A stretch of DNA of 64,000 nt, taken from Nitrososphaeraceae archaeon (GTDB taxonomy: Archaea > Thermoproteota > Nitrososphaeria > Nitrososphaerales > Nitrososphaeraceae). Positions within the stretch are counted from its first letter, which is position 1; the number at the start of each line of letters is the position of its first letter. The translations under genes were made by a program, and so were the position numbers. Where the stretch lies: assembly GCA_016782225.1 (NCBI GenBank), contig JADDOW010000046.1:3710-67709 (forward strand), given 5' to 3'. Shown piece after piece: positions 44,529 to 54,608 of the stretch. The notes beneath the pieces are model-generated. The model saw only the letters and a list, made by a program, of their open reading frames with translations. It was not told the origin of the DNA and searched no databases.

Positions 44529-44599
44529 AACCTAATCTTGCATTTTTTCTCCTTATTAATTTTCTTTAAAAAAAACAAAATGAATTGGTGCCTGTTTCC

Positions 44600-46114
44600 T
44601 TATGCAGGCGGTTTATATCCTTTCAAATCCTCCCCATTTATGACGTCTTCCTCTGGTGGAACATAATCTACGACTCCGGCCCGTTTAACTCCTGGATGTT
44701 TCTTTTGTGTGGCTAATGCAACGACTATGAACACTATGACTGAAATTATTGGAGGTATGAATGTATCAAGCCCAGCATACTCTATCGGAGTAACATAATA
44801 TGTTACTAACCTTAAAGATGACCCTACCACCAATGACGCTATTGCAGCGGGTAGATTCGCTTTTTTCCAGAATAGACCTAATGTTAGCACTGCCCATGCC
44901 CCTGCAAAAACTATGTCAAATGCCAAGACTAGGTAAATTCCGGGACGAGGAATTGTGGCACCCAATATCAAGCCTGACAGCATTATTGGTATTGTAACCA
45001 TGCGGGTTGTTAGTAACATTGTTTTATCATCTAGTCCAGTTCGTTTTAGTATGCCTCGTAAAATATCACGCTGAATTAAATTTCTGGAAATTACACTGGA
45101 AATTGCAAGTAAACCTCCGTTGGATGTAGACATGGATGCACCTACAACTCCCATTAATAAGGCAGCTCCAATTGGAAATGGGAGATATTCTATTGCTAGT
45201 ATGGGGTATACTCTATAAGGATCGGTTTCTGGCAAGAAATATAGCCCAATAATTCCCATCATACTTACAGGGACGACAATTGAAATTGTCAGCAGACCTG
45301 CCATGAGGGCTCCATTTCTAGCAGTTTTACCGCTTTTTGCGGAGAATACTCGTTCCATAAAATCCAATGCGACCACATCTCCCAATCCCAAAGCTATAAT
45401 TGCCGCCCAGTTGACTAAAGCACCACTCTTGACATCGGTTAAACCACTCATATCTAGAAATCCTGGCGGAGCAGATCCCATTATAGTCCCAAAATCTACT
45501 CCAGAAAATCCAAAAACAAAGAAAAGAAATGCTGCCCAGAAGGCTCCCACTGTCAAATAAACCTGAAAAATATCTGTATATGCTGATGAGAATAAACCTC
45601 CTGCAAATGTGTATACCAACACTGCGCTAGCGACTATCAACATGGCCCAAAAAAGATCGATATGTAAAACTGCAGAAAGAATAAAACCGCCGGCTGCAAA
45701 ATTGCCTGCAACAAGAATAATGAAACTTATCGCCAGTATTACTGATGACAACCCCTCTGCTTCAACACCATATCGCCTGAAATAAAAATCAGGGAGTGTA
45801 AGCATGGACATTTTATTTAGTCTTTTACCATAAACGGTTCCTGTCAGTATTAGGCATACAGCCAATCCTATAGGAATTGCAGCTCCTGCCCAAAATCCAA
45901 ATTGATATACAAGAGACACATTACCTAGCGAGGAGTTCCCATCTATTGATTGAGCAGCAAGCATCGTTCCCACAAAAAATAAGGGCATGCTCTTTCCAGC
46001 AACCATGTATCTTTTGCTACTTTTTTTTACCAGCATGGATGTTAATACACCTACTGATAACACAAGTCCCATAAAGGAAAGGACAGCAATCCCATAACTA
46101 TCTAATATCGCCAA
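44600..46114 (-). CDS. Sodium:solute symporter (SSS/SLC5) family transporter
   Basis: YMVAGKS, TLPDFY.RRYG, YTFAGGL.S.AYTD, ASMST; about 13 TM. Confidence 0.92.
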   Translation of the reverse strand: MAILDSYGIAVLSFMGLVLSVGVLTSMLVKKSSKRYMVAGKSMPLFFVGTMLAAQSIDGNSSLGNVSLVYQFGFWAGAAIPIGLAVCLILTGTVYGKRLNKMSMLTLPDFYFRRYGVEAEGLSSVILAISFIILVAGNFAAGGFILSAVLHIDLFWAMLIVASAVLVYTFAGGLFSSAYTDIFQVYLTVGAFWAAFLFFVFGFSGVDFGTIMGSAPPGFLDMSGLTDVKSGALVNWAAIIALGLGDVVALDFMERVFSAKSGKTARNGALMAGLLTISIVVPVSMMGIIGLYFLPETDPYRVYPILAIEYLPFPIGAALLMGVVGASMSTSNGGLLAISSVISRNLIQRDILRGILKRTGLDDKTMLLTTRMVTIPIMLSGLILGATIPRPGIYLVLAFDIVFAGAWAVLTLGLFWKKANLPAAIASLVVGSSLRLVTYYVTPIEYAGLDTFIPPIISVIVFIVVALATQKKHPGVKRAGVVDYVPPEEDVINGEDLKGYKPPA

Positions 46115-46336
46115 CGATTGAAATAATTAATTAGTAAATATATAAATATTATCTATAATATAGAATATTAACTTTGCTGGTGTTTTATTTTATTATTTTT
46201 ACAATTTTTTATTATAAAACATGAATAATGATTATTAATAAACCATATCCTCACATCTAAAAAATAAATTCTTTTGCACTTGTTGATATTTGGTTTATGA
46301 CGATGCAAAATATACTATAGCTAAAGTGTTTTTTAG

Positions 46337-46421
46337 ACGTAAACTACGTTATTCAAAGGAAAAAATGAAATTATGATTGATTTATTCGACTGTCGAACTT
46401 TTTTGAAAACGTAGTTTACTT
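46337..46421. promoter_or_regulatory. Two ACGTA-N3-TACGT-like sites in the divergent promoter
   Basis: acgtaaactacgt (46337) and acgtagtttactt (46409); ttcgactgtcgaa palindrome between them. Confidence 0.5.
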
Positions 46422-46467
46422 ACCAATATTTATTAATTGTTTCACACCAAATTCTATTGATAATACA

Positions 46468-47589
46468 ATGGGAATGGAATTTTATGGTGACTCTTATAAA
46501 GGAAATGATGAACCAATTTTTGTCGGCATACCCACATTTTTAAAACTTCCAATGGTAAAAAAATACGATGAATTAAAGAAAATTAATCCTGACATTGCGA
46601 TTGTAGGGGAGCCGTTTGATTTTGGAACTACCATAAGACCCGGGTCCCGTTATGGTCCAAGGGCAATTAGGGCAGCTTCTACTGTTCCATCTCCGCCGTA
46701 TGAGCATTTTAATATAGAAACAGGGGTTGATCCTTTCGGAGTTTTTAAAGCAGTAGATTATGGTGATGTTAATATATCTCCGGGAGATGTTATCGAATCT
46801 CACAGGCGAATGACAAATAAAATAAAAGAGGTTTTGGACATTGATGCTATACCAATTATTTTGGGTGGTGATCATTCTGTAACTTTTGCTAATGTTCGTG
46901 CACTTTCAAAAAAATATAAAAATATTGGAATGATACATATAGATTGTCATGCAGATTGCGCGCCTCAAGGACTCTGTGGGTTCAAATATGATCACGGAGC
47001 TCATATTCGAAGGATAATGGAGTTAGGCTGCCTTAAAGGTAAAAACTATACGTTAATTGGTCCAAGGGGATATTGGCCTGGCCCGGATTTGTATAAATGG
47101 ATGGCAGACCAAGATTTCCAATGGTTTACTATGCTTGATGTGGAAGAGTTAGGAATAGATCAAATTGCTAAAGAAGCCGCAGATAGAGCGAATGATAATG
47201 TAGATGCAGTTTATGTAAGCTGGGATATCGATACATTTGATCCGGCATATGCACCTGGTACGGGTGAGCCTGAACCAAACGGTTTAACTTCAAGGGAAGG
47301 TATGCGTTTAATGAGATTACTGTCCACATCGTTTGATCCTGATCGATTTGCATTTGATCTTGTAGAGGTATCCCCAACATACGATGTGAGTGATGTTAAT
47401 TCCTATAACGGGGGCATTACTTCCGGTTTGGCTAATAGATTGATAGTTGAACTAATGGCCGGACTATCGTTAACAAAGCGAGGAGAAACCGAAGGAAAAC
47501 CTGTTAGACCAAAGTTTTACCGAGGTAAAGGGCATACTTATGATTTTGGAAATGGCCCTAAAGCCAAAATTCCAAAGAGAGACAAATAA
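46468..47589 (+). CDS. Ureohydrolase (agmatinase/guanidino-amidinohydrolase family)
   Basis: RPGSRYGP, GGDHS, DCHAD, HG, WDIDTFDP..APGTGEPE. Confidence 0.9.
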   Translation: MGMEFYGDSYKGNDEPIFVGIPTFLKLPMVKKYDELKKINPDIAIVGEPFDFGTTIRPGSRYGPRAIRAASTVPSPPYEHFNIETGVDPFGVFKAVDYGDVNISPGDVIESHRRMTNKIKEVLDIDAIPIILGGDHSVTFANVRALSKKYKNIGMIHIDCHADCAPQGLCGFKYDHGAHIRRIMELGCLKGKNYTLIGPRGYWPGPDLYKWMADQDFQWFTMLDVEELGIDQIAKEAADRANDNVDAVYVSWDIDTFDPAYAPGTGEPEPNGLTSREGMRLMRLLSTSFDPDRFAFDLVEVSPTYDVSDVNSYNGGITSGLANRLIVELMAGLSLTKRGETEGKPVRPKFYRGKGHTYDFGNGPKAKIPKRDK

Positions 47590-47906
47590 TTATATTTTAC
47601 TCTTTTTTTGTAAATCTGATATGATTATTTATGCATAATAATTATTTAATATCATTCTTTAACATCATAAACGACAATAATCTTTTAATTCACTTGCTTT
47701 GTATAAAAACAGTGTGATTCGTTATGATTGCATTAACTAATAAAAATAGTGATATTATATATAAAATAGTGCATATTATCGTTAAAAAATAATGTTTATA
47801 GCGTAAAACTGTCCATACTCTTATCTCCAGTTGTCTTTAGATTAGATATATTAATACTAATAAATAAATAATACAAGAAATATAATTGCACTAAACTTTT
47901 ATTTAC

Positions 47907-49610
47907 CTAATAATAGTGATGACTTGGCCGTTGTTGTTTACCTAATTTGTCAAAATAGTGATCGTGTTTTTTTTCTCCCCCCTCATGAGCATGTTCAGTT
48001 CCATCTTCATGGGTATGCGTATTCATCAATGGCTTTTTGAATAAAACATCGTCTATATTGATCAAAAGGCTACTTACTTCTACAGCTGTGTTTAGTACTT
48101 GTTCTTTTAGTATTGAGGGCTCGATAATTTCAGAACTTAACTCCTCGATATTCTTATTTAGATTGTTTATTCCAACCCACTTTACGTTTTCATCAAAAGT
48201 ACTGTTTGATAATTTAGTTTTAAGATGGATGAGTGAATCAATTACATTCATGCCCGAGTTTTTTGCGAGAGTCAGCGGAATTTCCTCAAGCGCCTCAGAA
48301 AACTTCATTAATACTATTTGTTCTTTTCCACTAAACTCCAAAGCTTTTTTTCTTATGTATTGGGCAATTAATGCCTCACAAGCCCCACCTCCTACAACAA
48401 TAAATGGTTTGGAATTGAATCTTTTTATTAGTTTTAAAGTGCTCAATACGGCACGGTGGTATTCATCAAGTATCATTTTCGAATTTGCACGTATTAATAT
48501 AGTTACTGATTTTGGGGATCTACAACCTTCAACAAATACCATTTTATCGTCGCCTACCATTTTCTCGTAAACTTTGCCTGCATACCCTAAATTCTCTTTT
48601 AGGTCATAACTGCTTAATTCTTTGGTTATCTTTCCACCAGTAGCTTTTTCTAACCAGTGTAAATCATTCTCTTTCACTCTTTTAATGGACATTATTCCAA
48701 ATTTAGACATATAGTCTTGTGCTCTTGAATCAATACCTTTACGAGAAACCACTACATTTGCGCCACAGTTAACTATGTTTTGAATTTTAGATTTTGTAAT
48801 CTCATTTTCTTTATTAATAAATAACTGCATCTGGTTAGGACTGTTAACAGATATTTCTGCGTCTGCTCTAGTTCTCTTTAGCCCAAGCTCCTCGTCAAGT
48901 AAAAGAATATTTGCATTTTCAATAAATTTGGGCATGGCGCCATTATCTATTGTTTTATCTATTAAAATTCCATTTATGAGTTGGCTATCAGACGTGTTGC
49001 CTATTTTTTCTTCAATTTTGATATCGTCTATTTCCAACACATTGTTGTTATTACTGTAAATTGTTTTAATTGCATTAACTGTAATTTCGGCGACTTTACT
49101 TGTTTCATGGGGATTATATGGTGAAATAATCTTTGTTCCTAAACATGACTTTGCAATTTTTTCCATAACTTTGAAATCTTTGTCACTCTCTTTTATCGAA
49201 ATACTGTGCAACAACTCTAAAGATAATCTTAAACCCATGTCGAATCCGTTGATAATTGTCGCTGGAGAGAATTTATTTTTTAATAGATCTTCAGCTTTTT
49301 CTAAAAGCGAACCCACAATAATGACAACTGATGTTGTCCCATCCCCCACCTCATTATCAACCGTATTGGACGCATCAATCAATACCTTTGCTGCAGGATG
49401 ACCCACATCGATTTTACGTAGAAATGTTGCACCATCTTTCGTTAAGGTGGACTCACCAATAATGTCTATATAGATTTTTTCTCTTCCTTGAGGGCCAAAA
49501 AAGTTTTGCACAAGATCCTTTATCATTTTAGCGGCCAACAAATTGTAATGCCTGACTTGACCTCCTGTAGTCCGTTCGGTATCTTTATCTATTATCTCTT
49601 GGTGTGACAC
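47907..49610 (-). CDS. Divergent group II chaperonin (thermosome-like) with His-rich C-terminal tail
   Basis: FGPQG, TKDGAT, HPAAK, EVGDGTTS, GGGACE; tail HTHEDGTEHAHEGGEKKHDHY...HHYY. Confidence 0.88.
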   Translation of the reverse strand: MSHQEIIDKDTERTTGGQVRHYNLLAAKMIKDLVQNFFGPQGREKIYIDIIGESTLTKDGATFLRKIDVGHPAAKVLIDASNTVDNEVGDGTTSVVIIVGSLLEKAEDLLKNKFSPATIINGFDMGLRLSLELLHSISIKESDKDFKVMEKIAKSCLGTKIISPYNPHETSKVAEITVNAIKTIYSNNNNVLEIDDIKIEEKIGNTSDSQLINGILIDKTIDNGAMPKFIENANILLLDEELGLKRTRADAEISVNSPNQMQLFINKENEITKSKIQNIVNCGANVVVSRKGIDSRAQDYMSKFGIMSIKRVKENDLHWLEKATGGKITKELSSYDLKENLGYAGKVYEKMVGDDKMVFVEGCRSPKSVTILIRANSKMILDEYHRAVLSTLKLIKRFNSKPFIVVGGGACEALIAQYIRKKALEFSGKEQIVLMKFSEALEEIPLTLAKNSGMNVIDSLIHLKTKLSNSTFDENVKWVGINNLNKNIEELSSEIIEPSILKEQVLNTAVEVSSLLINIDDVLFKKPLMNTHTHEDGTEHAHEGGEKKHDHYFDKLGKQQRPSHHYY

Positions 49611-49695
49611 GATCTTTAATTATTTTCGATAGTTATATATGATAACATGAAAAATGTATATTACTAAAAAATTACAAAATCTGCTGAAAATGCAA

Positions 49696-49708
49696 AAGTA
49701 GTTTACGT
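49696..49708. promoter_or_regulatory. Third ACGTA-N3-TACGT-like site
   Basis: aagtagtttacgt in the divergent intergenic region upstream of the chaperonin. Confidence 0.45.
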
Positions 49709-49785
49709 ATTATAAAATAAGATAAAATGCGTAATTTCAATTTTTTTTCAATACTTTTTTATAGTTATCAAATATTAATTCCCTT

Positions 49786-50073
49786 ATGACTGCTGTAACA
49801 ACAGATATTGAAATTGAAGGGGCATCTAGAAAAGCAATACAGGCATTATTTGGCCCAAACATCCAAAACTTCAAAGTTCGTGAGGTGTTTCCATTTTCCT
49901 CTGAACAGATTGTTGCTCATAGTGATGGACACACTCCTCAATCAAGGGATGGCTGGGATGTTCAAGTTATATTCTTACTCGATAACCAACAATACACAGT
50001 AGATCTTATCATTCAGGAAAAAGACGGACAAGTAAATTATGTAAGGCTTATTGACAAGATGACTCCATTATAA
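49786..50073 (+). CDS. Hypothetical protein (PepSY-like alpha/beta pattern possible)
   Basis: 95-aa ORF, WDVQV.F...YTVDL.I...G.V. Confidence 0.65.
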   Translation: MTAVTTDIEIEGASRKAIQALFGPNIQNFKVREVFPFSSEQIVAHSDGHTPQSRDGWDVQVIFLLDNQQYTVDLIIQEKDGQVNYVRLIDKMTPL

Positions 50074-50083
50074 TTTTTTTAGA

Positions 50084-50542
50084 ATGCTTTTTAACAATAT
50101 TTTACTGGCATTTGATAACTCTAATGCTTCTAAAAACGCAGCGGAATATGCCATAAACTTGGCCGCTTTAGAAAACTCCACTCTCACTTTTATTCATGTT
50201 ATTGACGATATCAAACAAGGGGGGGCAATAGGTCTTAGAGCGCGTTACGGGGATGTGGATTTGGTAAATGGATTCAAAAAATCACGACGTCAATATGCAG
50301 AGGAATGGGTAAAACCTTTGCAAAAGAGGGCAAATGATAAGGGCATTAAGACTAATGTTGCCATATTAGAAGAGGAAGGGGGATCAAAGTTAGAGATAAT
50401 TACACAATATATAAACGAGAACAATATTGATCTTGTTGTAATGGGCTCCAGGGGTCTCTCAAGGTTTAAACAATTGATATTAGGAAGCATTGCTTTTGGT
50501 CTGATTAGTTATTCTAAGTGCCCTGTATTGGTAATTAGATAA
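50084..50542 (+). CDS. Universal stress protein (UspA family)
   Basis: NILLAFD.S, DLVVMGSRG, LGS, CPVLVIR. Confidence 0.93.
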   Translation: MLFNNILLAFDNSNASKNAAEYAINLAALENSTLTFIHVIDDIKQGGAIGLRARYGDVDLVNGFKKSRRQYAEEWVKPLQKRANDKGIKTNVAILEEEGGSKLEIITQYINENNIDLVVMGSRGLSRFKQLILGSIAFGLISYSKCPVLVIR

Positions 50543-50561
50543 CTTTTCAAATTATGATGAC

Positions 50562-51317
50562 TTAATTGTTTTTTACATAATTCGCAAGTATTTCCTTAAT
50601 AAAATCATTTATGTCATTACCATTTTGTTTTGCTTTTTCTTCAAGACTATTCCAAAGATCTTTGTCTTTAATTTTAGATGGATTAAAAACTAATCTTACT
50701 GTTAACAATCCTTTTGGTGCCCCTCGTTTAACCCCTAATTTTAGCATCTCTTCGTTCAGAGAATTTAGTGAATTAGATGAAGCTAATCTGTCTTGGATGT
50801 GTTTTGGCTGCCTGGCAATTTTTATGCCTTCGTGCAACGTAATCTCTTCTCTTTCGATTTTCTCTTGTAATTGTTCTGGCAGGGTCAAAATACTTAGCCA
50901 TTCGCTGATAGTACTTTTTGGTAGACCATATCTCTGAGAGACTCCTGTGATACCTGATTTTGAAGATCCTACCAACTTTTTTACCATTTTTGCTTTTTCT
51001 AATGGTGACAGGTCTTTGCGTATTAAATTTTCAAACAATGACGCAGCTTCAGCCTCTGCGCCCTTTAGCTTTGTGACAATAACGGGAATCTCTTTTTCGC
51101 CTTTATTATGAAGGGCTAAAAATCTTCTTCGTCCTATCAGTAATTTATATCTCTTGGATTTAGTATCAAAACGCACTACTAGTGGTTGAAGTAAGTCAAA
51201 TTTCGATAGATGCTCTTTCATGAGATTATCGCTTTGATCTTTACCAAATACCATATCCTTTCGAACGTTTTCTTTTGCTATATCTATAAGGTCGATAGGA
51301 ATATTTTTAATTTTCAT
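50562..51317 (-). CDS. ParB/Spo0J-like protein
   Basis: LLQPLVVR, LIGRRR, ENL.RKDLSPLE.A, HTH. Confidence 0.85.
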   Translation of the reverse strand: MKIKNIPIDLIDIAKENVRKDMVFGKDQSDNLMKEHLSKFDLLQPLVVRFDTKSKRYKLLIGRRRFLALHNKGEKEIPVIVTKLKGAEAEAASLFENLIRKDLSPLEKAKMVKKLVGSSKSGITGVSQRYGLPKSTISEWLSILTLPEQLQEKIEREEITLHEGIKIARQPKHIQDRLASSNSLNSLNEEMLKLGVKRGAPKGLLTVRLVFNPSKIKDKDLWNSLEEKAKQNGNDINDFIKEILANYVKNN

Positions 51318-51541
51318 TTATTAATTGGTATATATTAATAATTTTATTTATTAATACTTTAACTTTAAAATAATTGTAATGTTGGCTTATTTACATCAGT
51401 AAAATGAATAATTAATTTGTGAATATTCATTCATAAACTAAAGATAAAAACAATCTTTATATCTTTCAGTTTATTTCTTATATGAATGTCAAGTTTTATA
51501 GAGTCAGATAAAGAATTAGATGGTTTTGACAATACCTGCAA

Positions 51542-52075
51542 TTGAGGCTGTGTATGTTGTTTAAAATAATTAAAAACTTATTCAGATCAAATGACAGTTT
51601 TATTCCTAAAGAACACAAAAAAATTGAACAAAAATCAATTTTGGAGGAATTAATAAAACTAGGTGAAAAAGAGGCTAATAGGCATAATTTCAATGCTGCT
51701 TTGAAATGCTTTGAAAAAGCAATTGAAATAGACCCGCACTATGATTATTCGTATGGAGACAAGGCATTGATATTGGATAAAATGGGCAGGTTTGATGAAT
51801 CGTTAGATATGTTCTCTAAAGCACTTGAGTTAAATCCAAAAAATTCAATAACTTGGTATAATAATGGATTGACATACCTGAATTTACAAAAAATAGATGA
51901 AGCAATAAGATGCTTTGACAATGCAATATCTATTGATGAAAGTTATGCTAAAGCGTGGTATAATAAAGGCAGGTGTCTTGATATGCGGGGAGACTCGGAG
52001 AAAGCACAAGTTTGCTTAAACAAGGCTAGAAAATTAGATCCTCTTTTGTTTATAAAAGTAAAAAAATATTCATAG
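51542..52075 (+). CDS. TPR-repeat protein
   Basis: Repeated AWYNKG/FEKAIEIDP units. Confidence 0.88.
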   Translation: MRLCMLFKIIKNLFRSNDSFIPKEHKKIEQKSILEELIKLGEKEANRHNFNAALKCFEKAIEIDPHYDYSYGDKALILDKMGRFDESLDMFSKALELNPKNSITWYNNGLTYLNLQKIDEAIRCFDNAISIDESYAKAWYNKGRCLDMRGDSEKAQVCLNKARKLDPLLFIKVKKYS

Positions 52076-52410
52076 GAGATAATGATCCATAATTTAAATA
52101 AATTGCATGTTTGTTTAATCTTTTTGTCCACTCCATAATTCCCCAATTAAAGGAAGTTTATATCCAATTTTTTAAATTATGTTGCTATTGTATGCTAAAG
52201 AATATTTTGTTTAATGGTATTTAGGATATGTTGATAAATTGCATAATGTTTGATTCTTTATGCCATTGTGTTATCTTATTTGCATATCTGCTAATACGTT
52301 TGTTGTTTTATGTGTAATGTTCAATTTGTTTTAGTTAAATTGCGATTGTTTTTAGATGTATCTATTTTGAAAGAATTAAAGTTTATTTGATTGGATTGAT
52401 ACCGAACTCT

Positions 52411-52774
52411 ATGAAAGAAATAAATGTTTTTGTTCGCCATAATGATCTTTCTAGAGTAACAGATATTATCCAAAAACATAAGGCCGGTATTACATTTTTT
52501 GATATACAAGGTACGGGAACAACACCTAGATCAATTCCTGAAGTAGTACATGCATATCAAACCGGAAGAAAAACCGTTCCCGAGATTTATAGGCGGAATT
52601 CTTGTTATATCTATTGTATCGGATTCAACTACGAAACTATTAGTTGAAGAGATTCTAAATAGTTTTGGTGCCCAACAAGAAGAACCTCTTGGTGTTCTTT
52701 TTGTTAAAGACGTAGTCGATGCCTATGAACTAGGAACAAAAATATCTGGCGATAAGGTAGTGGATTTACAGTAA
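52411..52774 (+). pseudogene. P-II-family nitrogen regulatory protein, frameshifted
   Basis: MKEINVFVR...GITFFDIQGTG in one frame and ...GVLFVKDVVDAYELGT in another; shift near 52585. Confidence 0.75.
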
Positions 52775-52889
52775 TTTAACATACAGTAGTGCTCATTCAG
52801 ATTACTGGGCTTTTTTTGATACAGTTAATTTAGTAACTGAGGTGATTAAAATGAATTGTTTAATTCATTAAATTAACATTTGAATTTAC

Positions 52890-53357
52890 TCATTGATAAT
52901 TTATCAGTTCGTTTGTTGTTATTGATCTTGCGCAATATTGACATCTTAATATTATGGATTTCTTATCGATTATTTCGATTTTAGATTTCAAACCCTCTTC
53001 TGTATTTGTAATGCATCTCAAATTTGGACATTTAAAAAAACCTATAATGTTATCGGGCAGTTGTATCCTCCTTTTTTCACTCAATGTATAGTTTTTAATT
53101 ATATTTATTGTAGCATTTGGAGCTATTAATGCGAGTTTGTCTGTTTCCTTCTTTTCTAGAAACTTATTTTCAACTTTGATAATGTCTTTTTTTCCGTGTT
53201 TTATGCTCGGAACATTCAATGCAACCGTAATTACATTTCCTTCTTGCCCTGTAATATTCAGTATATTGAGAACAAGCAGTGCCCTTGGTGATTCAATATG
53301 GTCTATTACAGTGCCGTTTTTTATCCTTCTTACTAATAGCTGACTTGATTCGGACAT
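52890..53357 (-). CDS. pyrI: Aspartate carbamoyltransferase regulatory chain
   Basis: IKNGTVIDHI, KKDIIKVE, CPN..CIT, CQYC. Confidence 0.96.
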   Translation of the reverse strand: MSESSQLLVRRIKNGTVIDHIESPRALLVLNILNITGQEGNVITVALNVPSIKHGKKDIIKVENKFLEKKETDKLALIAPNATINIIKNYTLSEKRRIQLPDNIIGFFKCPNLRCITNTEEGLKSKIEIIDKKSIILRCQYCARSITTNELINYQ

Positions 53358-53430
53358 CTGATTGTATTATAGAATTTATTCTAAATACTTTTTTTTGGCT
53401 TTTTATAATATTTTAGTGCCTGCAATTTGC

Positions 53431-54507
53431 TTATTTTTTGTTAAAGATTTGTCTCATTTCTTCTACCCATTTATTCTTATTCTTGTAAATTCTTTTTTTA
53501 TTTCTTGATTTGCATTTAGTTAGTAAATGTGCACAGAGAATGGGAAAATATACTGATACATCTCCATATACTACGACATTTCCTTTGTGAGATGTTTTGA
53601 TTTTTCCCCAACTTTTACCCTCTTGTAATGTTGCTCCAGAAAGACCTCCGGTATCAGGTCTTGCATCAGTAAGTTGTACTATAAAATCACTTCCTCCCTC
53701 CTTTATTTTCAATATTTGATATAGCGCAGGGCCTGTTTGTTGGAAAAAATTTTTAGGGACTCCTCCACCTAATTCAATTCCGCCAGATTTATCGCTTTTC
53801 CATAAAATTGCAGCAGATTCGGCTATATCTTGAATAACATTTATCGAAATTTTTTCATTTAGCATCAGTGGTAACATGTTTAAACCAATTGACGAATCAC
53901 TAAGAGCTGGGATGTAAACGGGTACATCTGATTTAAAGGCGGAAACCATGAATGATTTTTCGGGATGTTTGGATTTATCGGACGTGGCTTTTCCAATAGC
54001 ATATGACAAATCCGCAGTAGACCCATTTTCTATATTTTTGTTTATGTGGTAAATATCCTCAATGTTCTTTTGTATTATTGTATCTTGAGATTGAAGCGTG
54101 CCGTGTTCTTTAATGTAAACATCATAAATTCTAACTATTTGTTTTGAATATAGTATGTCATCATCAACATCAAAATGACCCTGCCTTACTGGTAAATCGT
54201 ATGCAAAATGCAAGTCATGATATGCATTGGCACCAGTTGTTACAATCCAATCGATAAAACCCTTTTCTATCATTGTTGAAATTATTTTTCCAAAACCTAT
54301 GGGAGTCATTGCTCCAGCAATTGTTAAACAAACCGTGGCATCTGTCTCAATCATTTTAGTCATGATGTCGGCGGCTTCTGCTAATCGTCTTGCATTATAA
54401 CCTGTTTTTCCAAATAAGTCTATCAGTTCTGACACTGTCATGTCTGCAAATACTTCTGGAGGATCTATTTTGTTTCCTGAAAAACTATATCGATGATTAT
54501 CGCTCAA
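53431..54507 (-). CDS. Deoxyhypusine synthase-like paralogue (possible homospermidine synthase)
   Basis: TTGANAYHD, DSSIG, GGGVPKNF, DTGGLSGATLQEGKSWGK. Confidence 0.85.
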   Translation of the reverse strand: MSDNHRYSFSGNKIDPPEVFADMTVSELIDLFGKTGYNARRLAEAADIMTKMIETDATVCLTIAGAMTPIGFGKIISTMIEKGFIDWIVTTGANAYHDLHFAYDLPVRQGHFDVDDDILYSKQIVRIYDVYIKEHGTLQSQDTIIQKNIEDIYHINKNIENGSTADLSYAIGKATSDKSKHPEKSFMVSAFKSDVPVYIPALSDSSIGLNMLPLMLNEKISINVIQDIAESAAILWKSDKSGGIELGGGVPKNFFQQTGPALYQILKIKEGGSDFIVQLTDARPDTGGLSGATLQEGKSWGKIKTSHKGNVVVYGDVSVYFPILCAHLLTKCKSRNKKRIYKNKNKWVEEMRQIFNKK

Positions 54508-54608
54508 TTCAGTTTACATTCTAATTTGTTATATGTGTAATTTAACCTGTCTTAATTTATAATAACTTCTACAGATTCATTATTACTTTTAATCATAAAA
54601 ATTATGTG

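Noticed and set aside
46468..47589. Calling the ureohydrolase a guanidinase
   Set aside because: It lacks the DRHxD and GTGWPE signatures I associate with that clade; no HypA/HypB-type chaperones or guanidine riboswitch are visible
48037..48570. 177-aa ORF and other antisense ORFs in the track
   Set aside because: Shadow frames opposite well-supported genes
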